Shown: positions 49,069 to 58,922, counted from the stretch's first letter. The stretch is 64,000 nt of DNA from Minisyncoccota bacterium (GCA_041661005.1 JBAZVG010000001.1:607515-671514), one strand, 5' to 3'. Made by a program: numbers and translations. Notes: generated by a model not told the origin, from the sequence alone.

Positions 49069-50090
49069 GGAAACCCTAAATGCTCATACGATGCCTTGGT
49101 GGCGACACGTCCGCGCGCAGTGCGCTCCAATAATCCGAGTTGAATTAAATACGGTTCGATTACTTCTTCGACGGTGGCTTCTTCTTCGGACATAGCAGCT
49201 GCCATAGTTTTTAACCCCACCGGTCCGCCCTTGAATTTTTCAATTAATATTTCCAAGAATTTTCTATCGGAAGAATTAAGCCCTATGTCATCGATCGCGA
49301 GCATATTCAATGCCTCTTTTACTATTTTCTGATCTAAACTTTTTTTATTGTCCTTTTTACTTACTTGAGCAAAGTCACGACAACGCTTCAAGAAATAATT
49401 TGCGGTGCGAGGAGTAAATCTGCTTCTCTTGGCGATCTCTGCTAAAGCCTCTTTTTCTAAAATAATATCTAAAAGTTTACTTGACCGCTCGATTATTTTT
49501 GCAATTTCTTCATTGGAATAAAATTCCAATCGGAAAACTCCGCCGGAGAATCGTGAACGAAGTGGAGAGGAGATCAAAGCCACTCGAGTAGTCGCTGCTA
49601 TCAAAGTAAAAGGCGGGAGGTCTAATTGAATAGTGCGAGCAGATGGACCTTTGCCGATGATGATGTCTAAAACACCAGACTCCATGGCTGGGTAAAGTAT
49701 TTCTTCAACCATTTTATTTAGTCTGTGAATCTCATCGATAAAAAGAATGTCGCCCGGAGCAAGGTTCGTGAGGATAGATGCCAAATCTCCCACTTTTTCG
49801 ATTGCCGGTCCGGAAGTTATTTTCATTTGCCGACCGGTTTCTTTTGCTATGAGATGCGCCAGAGTAGTCTTGCCCAAACCTGGAGGTCCGTAAAAAAGGA
49901 TGTGTTCTGGAATGTGTCCACGCTCCTCTGCCGCTCGCAAAAGGATTTTTACGTTGTCTTTTATGTGTTTTTGACCGATGTATTCATCGAAGCGGGTAGG
50001 GCGCAAGGTTTGATCCAGTACCACGTCTTCAGTTTTGCTTGCCCCGCCTTGGCGTGGGTCTTTTTCTTTGGAGGTTGACATTAGTTTCAC
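49056..50090 (-). CDS. ruvB: Holliday junction branch migration helicase RuvB
   Basis: LRP..F.EYIGQ, GPPGLGKTT, FIDEIHR, EPYLIQ.G..ERT.RGR. Confidence 0.97.
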   Translation of the reverse strand: MKLMSTSKEKDPRQGGASKTEDVVLDQTLRPTRFDEYIGQKHIKDNVKILLRAAEERGHIPEHILFYGPPGLGKTTLAHLIAKETGRQMKITSGPAIEKVGDLASILTNLAPGDILFIDEIHRLNKMVEEILYPAMESGVLDIIIGKGPSARTIQLDLPPFTLIAATTRVALISSPLRSRFSGGVFRLEFYSNEEIAKIIERSSKLLDIILEKEALAEIAKRSRFTPRTANYFLKRCRDFAQVSKKDNKKSLDQKIVKEALNMLAIDDIGLNSSDRKFLEILIEKFKGGPVGLKTMAAAMSEEEATVEEVIEPYLIQLGLLERTARGRVATKASYEHLGFPFSS

Positions 50091-50200
50091 AATATGCTAT
50101 ACTGATCAAGTAGTACATTTATCAACACAGTATCAACATAGCTATACACATTATAGCATTTGTGGTACTTTCAATATAGTATAATTGTTTTTAAGGAGTC

Positions 50201-50360
50201 ATGCGCAAGAAGGCATTAATCTCTAAGCAATCAGCCATCGGTTATACGAATTTGCATAGGACGTTTTGGTCCGCCTCTGGCGCGACTGGTGCTATCCTCT
50301 AATAATTTGTTACTCTTGGAGCCTAGCTTCAAAAGGATTGTTTAGAGATTAATGCTTTTT
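50201..50360 (+). other. candidate structured RNA / 33-aa small ORF with fold-back
   Basis: TATAAT at 50180, AAGGAG, ORF 50201-50302; 50207-50232 pairs with 50336-50361 and the only non-Watson-Crick pairs are G-U. Confidence 0.45.
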
Positions 50361-50399
50361 TCTTTAGCGAGAAAACTGCACCAAGAAAGATTTTTTTCG

Positions 50400-51056
50400 C
50401 TAAACAATTTCTTTTCGGTGTAGTTCAGAAAACAAAGCGACGGTTTTGCCAAAATCTTTTTCCGCAACTATGAAAATTAATTCTGTGGGTGTGGACACGA
50501 GTTCTTCAATGTTAATCCGGGCGCGAGCCGTTACTGAAAGGAGTGAGAAAAAAACATTCGGCGTGCCGAAAACTTCTGGTCCATAAGAGATTCCGATGGC
50601 GGCAAAATTGTGATTAACCCACTTTGGTTTTATTTTAAAATGTTGCAATATTTTACTTTCTAAATTTGATGAACAGATGATGTCTATTTCTGCTGTACCC
50701 ATGGTTGTCGTAAAAAAGTCTTCTTGAGTCACAGATATATTCTTGTGAAGAGATTCAAATTTTTCCATGAGTTTATTTGAGTTTTCATAAGCTATTTCTG
50801 AAAGAGGAAGTTTGGTCGTTATATTTTTTATTGCCACTTCATGAACGAGGGGTTTTTCTTTTTTAAATTCCTTACGCAGGCGCGATAGGGAAACCACCAA
50901 ACTTGTGATGGTTACTTGTTTTTTTGCGCGTTCCTCGACGGCTGGTTTTATGCGGTGCGCGTAACTGCTCATATTCATGTAGCCGTTAGTCAAAGCAAAG
51001 CAGGCTTCTACTTCTTTGAGCACTATTTCTCGCACAATTGGTTGTATCTTGATCAC
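50400..51056 (-). CDS. ACT-domain regulatory protein (aspartate-kinase-ACT-like, no kinase domain)
   Basis: N-terminal helical N.S.YA...VVSLSR; C-terminal TPNVFF..L......INIEELVSTPTEL.FIV. Confidence 0.65.
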   Translation of the reverse strand: MIKIQPIVREIVLKEVEACFALTNGYMNMSSYAHRIKPAVEERAKKQVTITSLVVSLSRLRKEFKKEKPLVHEVAIKNITTKLPLSEIAYENSNKLMEKFESLHKNISVTQEDFFTTTMGTAEIDIICSSNLESKILQHFKIKPKWVNHNFAAIGISYGPEVFGTPNVFFSLLSVTARARINIEELVSTPTELIFIVAEKDFGKTVALFSELHRKEIV

Positions 51057-51173
51057 TTGTGTATTCTAACAGATTTTACAAAAAGTCCAAATCTTTAAGT
51101 GGATGTAAAAAAAATTTACTATATTCGATAAAGCGAACATACTTCTTGTGTAAAAAAATATTATAAATTATTT

Positions 51174-52088
51174 ATGAAAAAATTGTCACAAAGTTTGCTT
51201 GATGTCATAGGAAATACGCCTTTGGTCAAAGTTCCATTTAAAAGCGAAGCAAAAATTTTTGCCAAATTAGAATATTTAAATCCAGGAGGAAGTATCAAAG
51301 ACCGTTCGGCGCTCTTCATGATCGAAGAAGCGGAGAAAAAAGGTTTGCTGAAGCCCGGCGGAACGATAGTCGAATCTTCTTCTGGGAATCAAGGTGTGGC
51401 TTGCGCTATGATCGGAGCAACTAAAGGATACAAAGTCATTATCACTGCTTCTCCGGCCATGAGTGAAGAAAAAGTAAAAACCATCAAGGCTTATGGAGCG
51501 AAAGTCATAATGTGTCCCGCTGTTTCTATCCTTGACCCCGCAAGTCGTCATAGTCAGGCATCTATAATTGCAAAAAATACCCCAAACTCTTTTATGCCAG
51601 ATCAATATTTCAATCTTTCCAATCCAAAGGCTCATTACACGAGTCTGGGCCCAGAGATTTGGCGACAAACCAATGGAAAGATTACCCATTTTTTTGCAGC
51701 GGCTGGAACTGGTGGAACAATAAGTGGCGCAGGGAAATTCTTAAAAGAAAAAAATCCTAAAATTAAAATCATGGCTGTCGATGTCGATACATCTTTTCAT
51801 TCCACCAAAGGACATCCATCACCATACAGGATGGAGGGCATCGGGATTGATTTTGAAACTCATTGTCTCAATGAATCTGTGATTGATGAATTTTTCCCAG
51901 TTTCAGATGAAAATGGACTTGATATGCTCAAAGTTATGGCTTCAAATTATGGTTTGCTTGTTGGCACGGGCAGTGGGGCGGTAGCTTATGCTGTTCAAGA
52001 ATATTTAAACAAACTAACCAAAGATGATGTGGTGGTGATGCTGTTTGGCGACTCCGGCCGGGCGTATCTGTCAAAAAACTATTTTTAA
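51174..52088 (+). CDS. cysK: cysteine synthase / cystathionine beta-synthase family PLP enzyme
   Basis: IGNTPLV, NPGGSIKDR, ESSSGN, GTGGT, DSG..YLS. Confidence 0.88.
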   Translation: MKKLSQSLLDVIGNTPLVKVPFKSEAKIFAKLEYLNPGGSIKDRSALFMIEEAEKKGLLKPGGTIVESSSGNQGVACAMIGATKGYKVIITASPAMSEEKVKTIKAYGAKVIMCPAVSILDPASRHSQASIIAKNTPNSFMPDQYFNLSNPKAHYTSLGPEIWRQTNGKITHFFAAAGTGGTISGAGKFLKEKNPKIKIMAVDVDTSFHSTKGHPSPYRMEGIGIDFETHCLNESVIDEFFPVSDENGLDMLKVMASNYGLLVGTGSGAVAYAVQEYLNKLTKDDVVVMLFGDSGRAYLSKNYF

Positions 52089-52411
52089 CAGATTTAACAA
52101 AAAGATTGAGTTTCATGGTGGATGTTAAAAAAATTAACTTAAAATGACGAAACTGATATTTTGTATGAAACCTTAATTGAACAAATTTATGTGTGATAAA
52201 AATAGAAGTCTCGTTACAAGCGAGATCACGAGGCAAGTTAACCTTCGAGAAGAACTCCGTTTGTCGGCTTTGACTCTTAGATTGCAAGGGGTTACAAGGT
52301 CCAACATATGGAAATTAGTCAAGGAGGAACGCGCTCGACGAAAATCGAGATATAGGCCAAAATACTAGCCTGAACAATCATCAACTGAGAGCCGGCGATG
52401 CAAAGCCGGCT

Positions 52412-52450
52412 TTACTCTTCGTTCAAATCCACCACACTCCGCACTTCTTC
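52412..52450 (-). pseudogene. displaced duplicate of the pilB 3' end
   Basis: Encodes EEVRSVVDLNEE* versus the pilB end AEVQSVVDLSEE*. Confidence 0.7.
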
Positions 52451-52474
52451 AGTGAGTTCAACGATTTTATCATT

Positions 52475-53118
52475 TAGCATTAGTAAGCGGTCGCACACTA
52501 TTGCTAAATTAGCGCAAATTAAATTTTTTCATTAGGTGTAGTTGATTATCTATCTTTTCAGCTAAAATGAAACGCACGTATCTTCTTGCATTATAAAATT
52601 CCAAAATAAATTCAATTTCTTTATTGCAAGGATAAGGGTATACCAATACGGACTTTTGAAGCTCAATAAGGCCAACTTCCCGAAAATGCAACCGAAGTGA
52701 ATCACGTAATCTTTTTAATTTTTCAGGGATATCAAACATAACTACTCGCCATTTACCGTCCCACTTTGCTGGTTTTTTTATTTCTATTTTATCAATATTG
52801 AATCGTAACGCTTTTTGTTTGCCATTTTCATTTAAAATAAAAGTTGTTGTTCCATCTTTATTTTCCTTTTCTTCTATTAAATGAGAAGTATACAGTGAAT
52901 TGATTGCTCTTTCTAAAGCTTGGCGGTTTATATTTTTCCATTCTTTCGGTATTTGCTTTAAAATCCAGAAATGTTTTTTGGGTGATTTTGTTAAACCAAG
53001 TGCAATGCCAGCGGAAAGCAACAAGAGAGCTTTCTTTTTAATATTTCCTATTCTTGGTTCATTGTGTCCCATCTCTTTATTATAGCATTAACAAGCGGTC
53101 GCACACTATTGCTAAATT
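52475..53118. repeat. 36-bp direct repeats flanking the PaaX-like gene
   Basis: TAGCATTA(GT/AC)AAGCGGTCGCACACTATTGCTAAATT at 52475-52510 and 53083-53118 (34/36 identical). Confidence 0.85.
52509..53072 (-). CDS. PaaX-like wHTH + Cas2-like domain regulator (CPR family)
   Basis: KWDGKWRVVMFDIPE...R...R..F...G...LQKSV. Confidence 0.85.
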   Translation of the reverse strand: MGHNEPRIGNIKKKALLLLSAGIALGLTKSPKKHFWILKQIPKEWKNINRQALERAINSLYTSHLIEEKENKDGTTTFILNENGKQKALRFNIDKIEIKKPAKWDGKWRVVMFDIPEKLKRLRDSLRLHFREVGLIELQKSVLVYPYPCNKEIEFILEFYNARRYVRFILAEKIDNQLHLMKKFNLR

Positions 53119-53141
53119 GATTCTAAAAAACAATTTTTATA

Positions 53142-53411
53142 TCAGACCTTTTTAAAAAATTTGTACAAAAATCTTAATATTTTTTCACATATTGCTGCCA
53201 AAATAAATATCCAGATAAATTCTATTATCCAAAAAATGACTGAAAAAAGAACATTAATCTCATTGAATATATTCGTGAAAAAAATCGGAGCTAATAATAT
53301 ACTCATATAAATATCAATAATTCTGGAATGTAAATAAAACAAACCCACCACTGGACTTATGGAGAGTACAACAAAAATAATTACCCTTAAAAAATTTACT
53401 TTTTTACTCAT
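53142..53411 (-). CDS. small membrane protein
   Basis: 89 aa, hydrophobic, AT-rich. Confidence 0.55.
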   Translation of the reverse strand: MSKKVNFLRVIIFVVLSISPVVGLFYLHSRIIDIYMSILLAPIFFTNIFNEINVLFSVIFWIIEFIWIFILAAICEKILRFLYKFFKKV

Positions 53412-53414
53412 ACT

Positions 53415-55112
53415 TTATTCCTCACTCAAATCCACCACACTCTGTACTTCTGCGAGCGAGGTGATGCCATTTAAGATTTTAACTATACCATCCTGACGCA
53501 TAGAGAGAATGCCCTGAGAACGCGCCACTTTTTTGATTTCATGTTCGTTGGGGCTTTCTGGAATTATTTTTTCTATCGCTTCGTCGGTTTTGATCGCTTC
53601 GAAAATGCCTATTCGTCCCTTGTAGCCTATGTTGTTGCATTTTTCGCAACCGACAGGGGAGAAAATTTTGAAAGATTCATCTGGTTTTATATTATATTTT
53701 GAAAGATCCTTGCCTTCATCTTTTATACTGTCCAAGACTAATTTTATAGTCTTGCTTTCTTCTTCGGTTGGATTATTTTCTTTTTTACAAAATTGGCAGA
53801 GTTTGCGGACCAAGCGTTGAGCGATGGAGAGAGATAGGGCTGAAACTAAGATCTTTGGATTAACTCCTAGGTCAATGAGACGGGGGATGACGCCAGCGGC
53901 GTTGTTGGTGTGTAGGGTGGAGAAGACTATGTGACCGGTGAGGGCAGACTGCACGGCAGTGTCGGCTGTTTCTTTGTCGCGGATTTCTCCGACCATCACT
54001 ACGTCTGGATCTTGACGCAACGCGCTACGTAACCCTTCTGCGAAAGTGTAGCCTCTCTCTTCATTTGTCTGAGTTTGGGTGATGCCAGTCAGGTGATATT
54101 CTATCGGATCTTCGATGGTGATTATTTTAATCTCTGGTGAATATATTTTTCGAAGAAATGCGTATAAAGTGGTAGTCTTTCCACTTCCAGTAGGGCCGGT
54201 AATCAAGATCAAGCCGTTCGGTTTTACTATTTCTTGTTGTATTACAGAAAATAGATAAGGTTCTATTCCCATATCCTCCAGTTCTATCTGGATAGATTTC
54301 GGATCAAGAATTCGCATGACTATCGATTCACCATATGCGCCGGGAATGAGAGACGCGCGGATGCTCAATTCTTCTTTTTCTTCCATGATGCTGAAACGAC
54401 CATCTTGAGCTATTTTTGAAGTGAGTTTCATGCCCGAGAGAAGTTTGATACGCGAATTTAACAAGCGATATATATCAAGTCCGAAAAAATTTATATCTTG
54501 AAGCACTCCATCCAGACGCAACCGCAACCTCCCTCTATCCTTTTCTGGTTCTATATGTATATCCGAAGCCTTGATGGCTATCGCGCCAGCCAAGATGATT
54601 TCAAGCAAGCGGGAAATTTTATGAATTTTATTTCCCTCCAGAGCTTCCATTACCAACTTTTCTATATCTTGCATGCGTTCGATGCTTTTTGCAGTATCTC
54701 TCAGAACTTCGGGGGAGATATCCAACCCTCCTATTTTTGAATCCTCAGCCATTGAAATTTCTTTATACCTATTCCAGACTTTATTCAAACTTGCGTTTGA
54801 AGCCATGTAAAAAGTGGGCGTTAAATTTTTTCCTTCCGCCACTTCTTTTAGTGTTTTCAAAAGATCAGGTGTTGGTGTGCGTACGGCTATGAAAATATTT
54901 TTTCCAAAAAGTTTAAAAGGCGCGACTTTCATTTGAGTAGCGTCTTTTTCGGGTATTGCTCTAAGCGCTTCATTGTCTATGCCTAGGCGATACAGGTCGA
55001 CATAGGGGAGATGGTATTTAGATTCTGCTAGTGTCGCCACTAATTCCTCTTCTTCTTGCTTACGCAAGTCATCTAGTTGTTTATTTTGTTTTTCTTCATC
55101 AAAATCGGACAT
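53415..55112 (-). CDS. pilB: type IV pilus assembly ATPase PilB/GspE
   Basis: ASDIHIEP, GPTGSGKTT, TIEDPIEY, LRQDPD, LTGH, STLHTN, CxxC zinc motifs. Confidence 0.93.
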   Translation of the reverse strand: MSDFDEEKQNKQLDDLRKQEEEELVATLAESKYHLPYVDLYRLGIDNEALRAIPEKDATQMKVAPFKLFGKNIFIAVRTPTPDLLKTLKEVAEGKNLTPTFYMASNASLNKVWNRYKEISMAEDSKIGGLDISPEVLRDTAKSIERMQDIEKLVMEALEGNKIHKISRLLEIILAGAIAIKASDIHIEPEKDRGRLRLRLDGVLQDINFFGLDIYRLLNSRIKLLSGMKLTSKIAQDGRFSIMEEKEELSIRASLIPGAYGESIVMRILDPKSIQIELEDMGIEPYLFSVIQQEIVKPNGLILITGPTGSGKTTTLYAFLRKIYSPEIKIITIEDPIEYHLTGITQTQTNEERGYTFAEGLRSALRQDPDVVMVGEIRDKETADTAVQSALTGHIVFSTLHTNNAAGVIPRLIDLGVNPKILVSALSLSIAQRLVRKLCQFCKKENNPTEEESKTIKLVLDSIKDEGKDLSKYNIKPDESFKIFSPVGCEKCNNIGYKGRIGIFEAIKTDEAIEKIIPESPNEHEIKKVARSQGILSMRQDGIVKILNGITSLAEVQSVVDLSEE

Positions 55113-55221
55113 TACATGAATTATAGCAACAAATGAGGAGCATAAACAAATTTATTTGTTTAATGTCCGAGTGCTGTTGCTATATGGTAATCCATATATC
55201 TTAAATGGTATTATTTACATA

Positions 55222-57723
55222 ATGCCTAAAGAAGACAATCAGGATTCTAAAACATTAGTTTTGTTGGATTCTCACGCCATAATTCATCGTGCGTATCACG
55301 CCTTACCAGAATTTTTGTCGTCAAAAGGAGAACCCACTGGGGCCTTGTATGGCCTTGCAAGCATGTTGATGAAGATAGTTACTGATTTAAAACCAGACTA
55401 TATCGTGGCTTGTTATGATTTGCCGGAAAAGACTTTTCGTCATTTAGCTTATGATGATTACAAGGCTGGACGAGCGAAAACAGATGACGCTCTGATCTTG
55501 CAGTTGAAAAATTCTCGCCAGATTTTCGAGGCATTTAATATTCCTATTTATGACTGTTCGGGTTTTGAGGCGGATGATGTATTGGGAACGATATGCGAGC
55601 AGATGAAGAAAAATAATGGGACTAAGGTAATCATTGCTTCGGGTGATATGGACACAATGCAGTTAGTAGACGACAAGAGAGTCCAGGTTTATACCCTCAA
55701 AAAGGGAATTAATGAAACAATTTTATATGATGAAGATGCAGTTGTGGCCCGTTTTGGATTTAAGCCTCAACTTTTGCCGGATTACAAAGGATTACGTGGT
55801 GATCCATCAGATAACATTAAAGGTATCAAAGGGATTGGAGAAAAAACAGCAACTACACTGATTACGACTTTTGGCAGTATCGAAGAAATTTACAACAAAA
55901 TAAAAAAAGACGAAGAATCTTTCATTAAAGCTGGCATCACTCCTAGAATGATCGAGTTAATAAAAAATAATGAAGAAGAAGCGCTCTTTTCAAAAACTTT
56001 AGCCAAGATTCGAACTGATGTTCCGATAAATTTTCTTTTGCCCCAGAAAACTTTTTGGGAAAATGTAAATCCAGAAAAAATAGAGAAAACTTTTGCCTTG
56101 TTTGAATTTAGAAGCTTATTTGGACGTTTGAAAAACTTCTTTAGCGGACAGAAGACACACGAGGAGAATGTTCTCGAGCGAACCCTTGGTAGGAGTGACG
56201 ACGACGGACAGAGAAAATTTTCAGCAGGAAATTTTCGTGGTGAGTCCGAGAATATTCTCTCGAGTGAGGATTCTAAAGGTATAGATTCTCTGAAACTTCA
56301 AGAAGCTAGCATTGCTCTTTGGCTTGTAAATTCAGATATCTCAAATCCACAACTCGAAGATGTTTTAATGTTTGCCCGCCTAGACTCGGCGAGGCTGGCC
56401 AGCACAGATTCTTTTGATGTTGCGTATGAGCAAATTTTTAAGACTCTGAAAGAAAAAAAGCTTGATAGAGTTTATGAAGAAATAGAACGTCCAATAATGC
56501 ACATAGTCAAAGAGATGGAAGATTATGGAATTTTGATAGATAAAAAATATTTTGAAAATTTATCAACGGAGTATCATCGAGAATTAGATAAATTAACTGC
56601 CAAAATATACAAGATGGCTGGCACAGAATTCAATATCAATTCACCCAAACAGATGGGGGAAGTTCTTTTTGAGAAAATGGGCATGAAGTCCGGAACAAAA
56701 TTAGCCAAGAAAAATGCGAGTGGCAACTTTTCTACCAAAGTTTCAGTATTAGAAGAACTTGAAGAAGCAAACCCAATAATCAAAGAAATACTTGCTTACC
56801 GAGAATTGCAAAAATTGCTTTCCACTTATATTGATGTAATTCCTAAAATGGTTGGCGCTGATGACAGACTACATGCAATATTTTTGCAAAATGGCAGTAC
56901 CACTGGAAGATTCTCCTCGCAGGATCCAAATTTGCAGAACTTGCCGATAAAAACAGAATTAGGGAAAAAGATTCGAGGTGGTTTTATCGCCCAAAAGGGT
57001 TACAAACTCTGCGCTTTTGATTATAGTCAGATTGAACTGCGTGTAGCTGCCATACTTTCGGGTGATAAAAAAATGACGCAAATATTCAAGGAAGGTAAGG
57101 ATATTCATTCAGGAGTTGCGTCTTTTGTTTTTGGTGTGCCGATAGATAAAGTTGACAGTGAAATGCGACGCAAGGCGAAGGTAATAAATTTCGGAATAAT
57201 TTATGGCATGGGAGTTTCTAGTTTACGCAAGAATCTTGGGGGTACACGAGAAGAGGCGCAAAAATTTTATGATAATTACTTTAATCAATTTTCCGGAGTG
57301 CGAGATTATTTGGAGGAAACGAAGAAGTTTGCGCTAAAAAATTCTTTTACCGAGACTTTGTTTGGCCGACGTAGATATTTTCCGAATATAAATTCCAGAA
57401 TTCCATTTTTAAAAAATATGGCCGAACGGACAGCCACGAACGCGCCAATCCAAGGCACAGCCACGGCGGATATTATCAAGCTTGCTATCAGATATGCAGA
57501 AGAGGATTTAAAAAATGCAGGACTTTTGGCACAAGTTCATCTTGTTCTCCAAATTCATGACGAGCTGGTGTATGAAATAGAGGAAGGTGTTTTAGAAAAA
57601 GCTGATGAAATAATAAAAAATGCCATGAAAAGTGTCTTGGAAAGATCATATTTGCATTATAAAACCGATATTCCACTTGAAGTGCATTCTGGCTCTGGAG
57701 ACAATTTCGGGGAGGTAAAATAG
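55222..57723 (+). CDS. polA: DNA polymerase I
   Basis: 5'-3' exonuclease (RAYHA, EADD, SGD.D), DYSQIELR, KVINFGIIYG, QIHDEL; start trimmed. Confidence 0.97.
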   Translation: MPKEDNQDSKTLVLLDSHAIIHRAYHALPEFLSSKGEPTGALYGLASMLMKIVTDLKPDYIVACYDLPEKTFRHLAYDDYKAGRAKTDDALILQLKNSRQIFEAFNIPIYDCSGFEADDVLGTICEQMKKNNGTKVIIASGDMDTMQLVDDKRVQVYTLKKGINETILYDEDAVVARFGFKPQLLPDYKGLRGDPSDNIKGIKGIGEKTATTLITTFGSIEEIYNKIKKDEESFIKAGITPRMIELIKNNEEEALFSKTLAKIRTDVPINFLLPQKTFWENVNPEKIEKTFALFEFRSLFGRLKNFFSGQKTHEENVLERTLGRSDDDGQRKFSAGNFRGESENILSSEDSKGIDSLKLQEASIALWLVNSDISNPQLEDVLMFARLDSARLASTDSFDVAYEQIFKTLKEKKLDRVYEEIERPIMHIVKEMEDYGILIDKKYFENLSTEYHRELDKLTAKIYKMAGTEFNINSPKQMGEVLFEKMGMKSGTKLAKKNASGNFSTKVSVLEELEEANPIIKEILAYRELQKLLSTYIDVIPKMVGADDRLHAIFLQNGSTTGRFSSQDPNLQNLPIKTELGKKIRGGFIAQKGYKLCAFDYSQIELRVAAILSGDKKMTQIFKEGKDIHSGVASFVFGVPIDKVDSEMRRKAKVINFGIIYGMGVSSLRKNLGGTREEAQKFYDNYFNQFSGVRDYLEETKKFALKNSFTETLFGRRRYFPNINSRIPFLKNMAERTATNAPIQGTATADIIKLAIRYAEEDLKNAGLLAQVHLVLQIHDELVYEIEEGVLEKADEIIKNAMKSVLERSYLHYKTDIPLEVHSGSGDNFGEVK
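56158..56266 (+). repeat. family C element, in frame within polA
   Basis: Encodes ENVLERTLGRSDDDGQRKFSAGNFRGESENIL, homologous to the rsmA insert. Confidence 0.9.
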
Positions 57724-57748
57724 GGTGTTTTGTGGTAGAATAAAAAAC

Positions 57749-58219
57749 ATGGAAAATATTAATCAACCTAATGCTAGGCAATACCGTGTTCATAAAATTT
57801 TGGCGCATTCGTATACCCTTTATTTAATTTTATTTTTGATTGGTGTTTGCCTTGATATTCTTTTTAAGTTTAGAATTTTTTTAAATCCCTTTTTCATGTC
57901 GACAGGTGTTGTTTTGTTGATACTTGGCAGCTTTTTGATTATTTGGGCACAGAAAACTTCTCGAGATCTGAACATAGAGAATCTAAGCAAAGAGACTTTT
58001 CACAAAGGACCCTATCGTTACACTCGGAGCCCGACGCATTGGGGGCTTTTTATGCTGGTGCTTGGTTTTGGAATTGTGGCGAACGCTCTTTTTGTGATTT
58101 TATCCACTCTTGTTTCTTTTTCTATTTCGAGATCTATATTTTTAAAGAAGCAAGAAGATGTTCTTGCTTTGAAATACGGCGCTCCTTATTTGGAATATAA
58201 AAAATCAGTCAAACTTTAA
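57749..58219 (+). CDS. isoprenylcysteine carboxyl methyltransferase / PEMT-like membrane protein
   Basis: GPYRYTRSP, L..KYG..Y.EYK; start trimmed. Confidence 0.8.
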   Translation: MENINQPNARQYRVHKILAHSYTLYLILFLIGVCLDILFKFRIFLNPFFMSTGVVLLILGSFLIIWAQKTSRDLNIENLSKETFHKGPYRYTRSPTHWGLFMLVLGFGIVANALFVILSTLVSFSISRSIFLKKQEDVLALKYGAPYLEYKKSVKL

Positions 58220-58223
58220 TCCC

Positions 58224-58871
58224 ATGATTTATCTTTTTTCAGGAGATGACGCCAAAAGTAAATTTTCCAGTTATGAAAAATTTATAAAATCCATACCGGA
58301 GGGGCAAGACGTTTTGCATATAAGCAGAAATAATTTTGATCAAATGCAAATTGAAAGTTTGTATTCTGGTTCCAGTCTTTTTTTTGCAAAATCTACCGTA
58401 ATATTTTCTAATATTTTTGAAAATGAAGAGACCCGGGATTTTATTTTAGAGAAATTGGCTCTGATGGGCGGGCCTTCGAACTCTTTTGTCTTTTTGGAAG
58501 GAAAGTTGAACAAGCCAATACTGGACGCTTTTAGAAAAGTCCGGGGCGAAATAAACATTTTTGAATTACCGAAAGAAAAAAAAGAGAGATTTGATAATTT
58601 TTTAGTTGCCAACGCTTTTGAAAAAAAAGATAAGCTGAATGTGTGGATTTATTTTCGTATGGCGATGGATAAAGGGGTAGGAATGGAGGAGCTTATCGGC
58701 GTTCTTTTTTGGAAGATTAAAAATATGCTCTTAAAAAGAAATTTTGGCAAATTTTCTGAAACTGAACTTAAAGATTTTATCTCCCGTCTTTCTTATCTTT
58801 TGCCCCAAGCCCGTAAAGATGGGCGTGATGCCGAATCCGTTTTCGAGCAATTTTTGCTGGAAGCTTTTTAG
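58224..58871 (+). CDS. holA: DNA polymerase III delta-like subunit
   Basis: MIYLFSGDD start, SSLF, C-terminal E.FLL; divergent. Confidence 0.6.
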   Translation: MIYLFSGDDAKSKFSSYEKFIKSIPEGQDVLHISRNNFDQMQIESLYSGSSLFFAKSTVIFSNIFENEETRDFILEKLALMGGPSNSFVFLEGKLNKPILDAFRKVRGEINIFELPKEKKERFDNFLVANAFEKKDKLNVWIYFRMAMDKGVGMEELIGVLFWKIKNMLLKRNFGKFSETELKDFISRLSYLLPQARKDGRDAESVFEQFLLEAF

Positions 58872-58922
58872 TTATATTTTGTCTTGATTTTTGACCTTAT
58901 TTACTATATATTTTGTATTCAA

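Noticed and set aside
52177-52368. 63-aa ORF after cysK (also 61029-61211)
   Set aside because: No recognisable motif; cannot be supported from sequence alone.
52475-53118. CRISPR array with cas2
   Set aside because: Only two repeats, ~570 bp apart with a gene between them; no cas1 or effector; the protein is the PaaX-like family.
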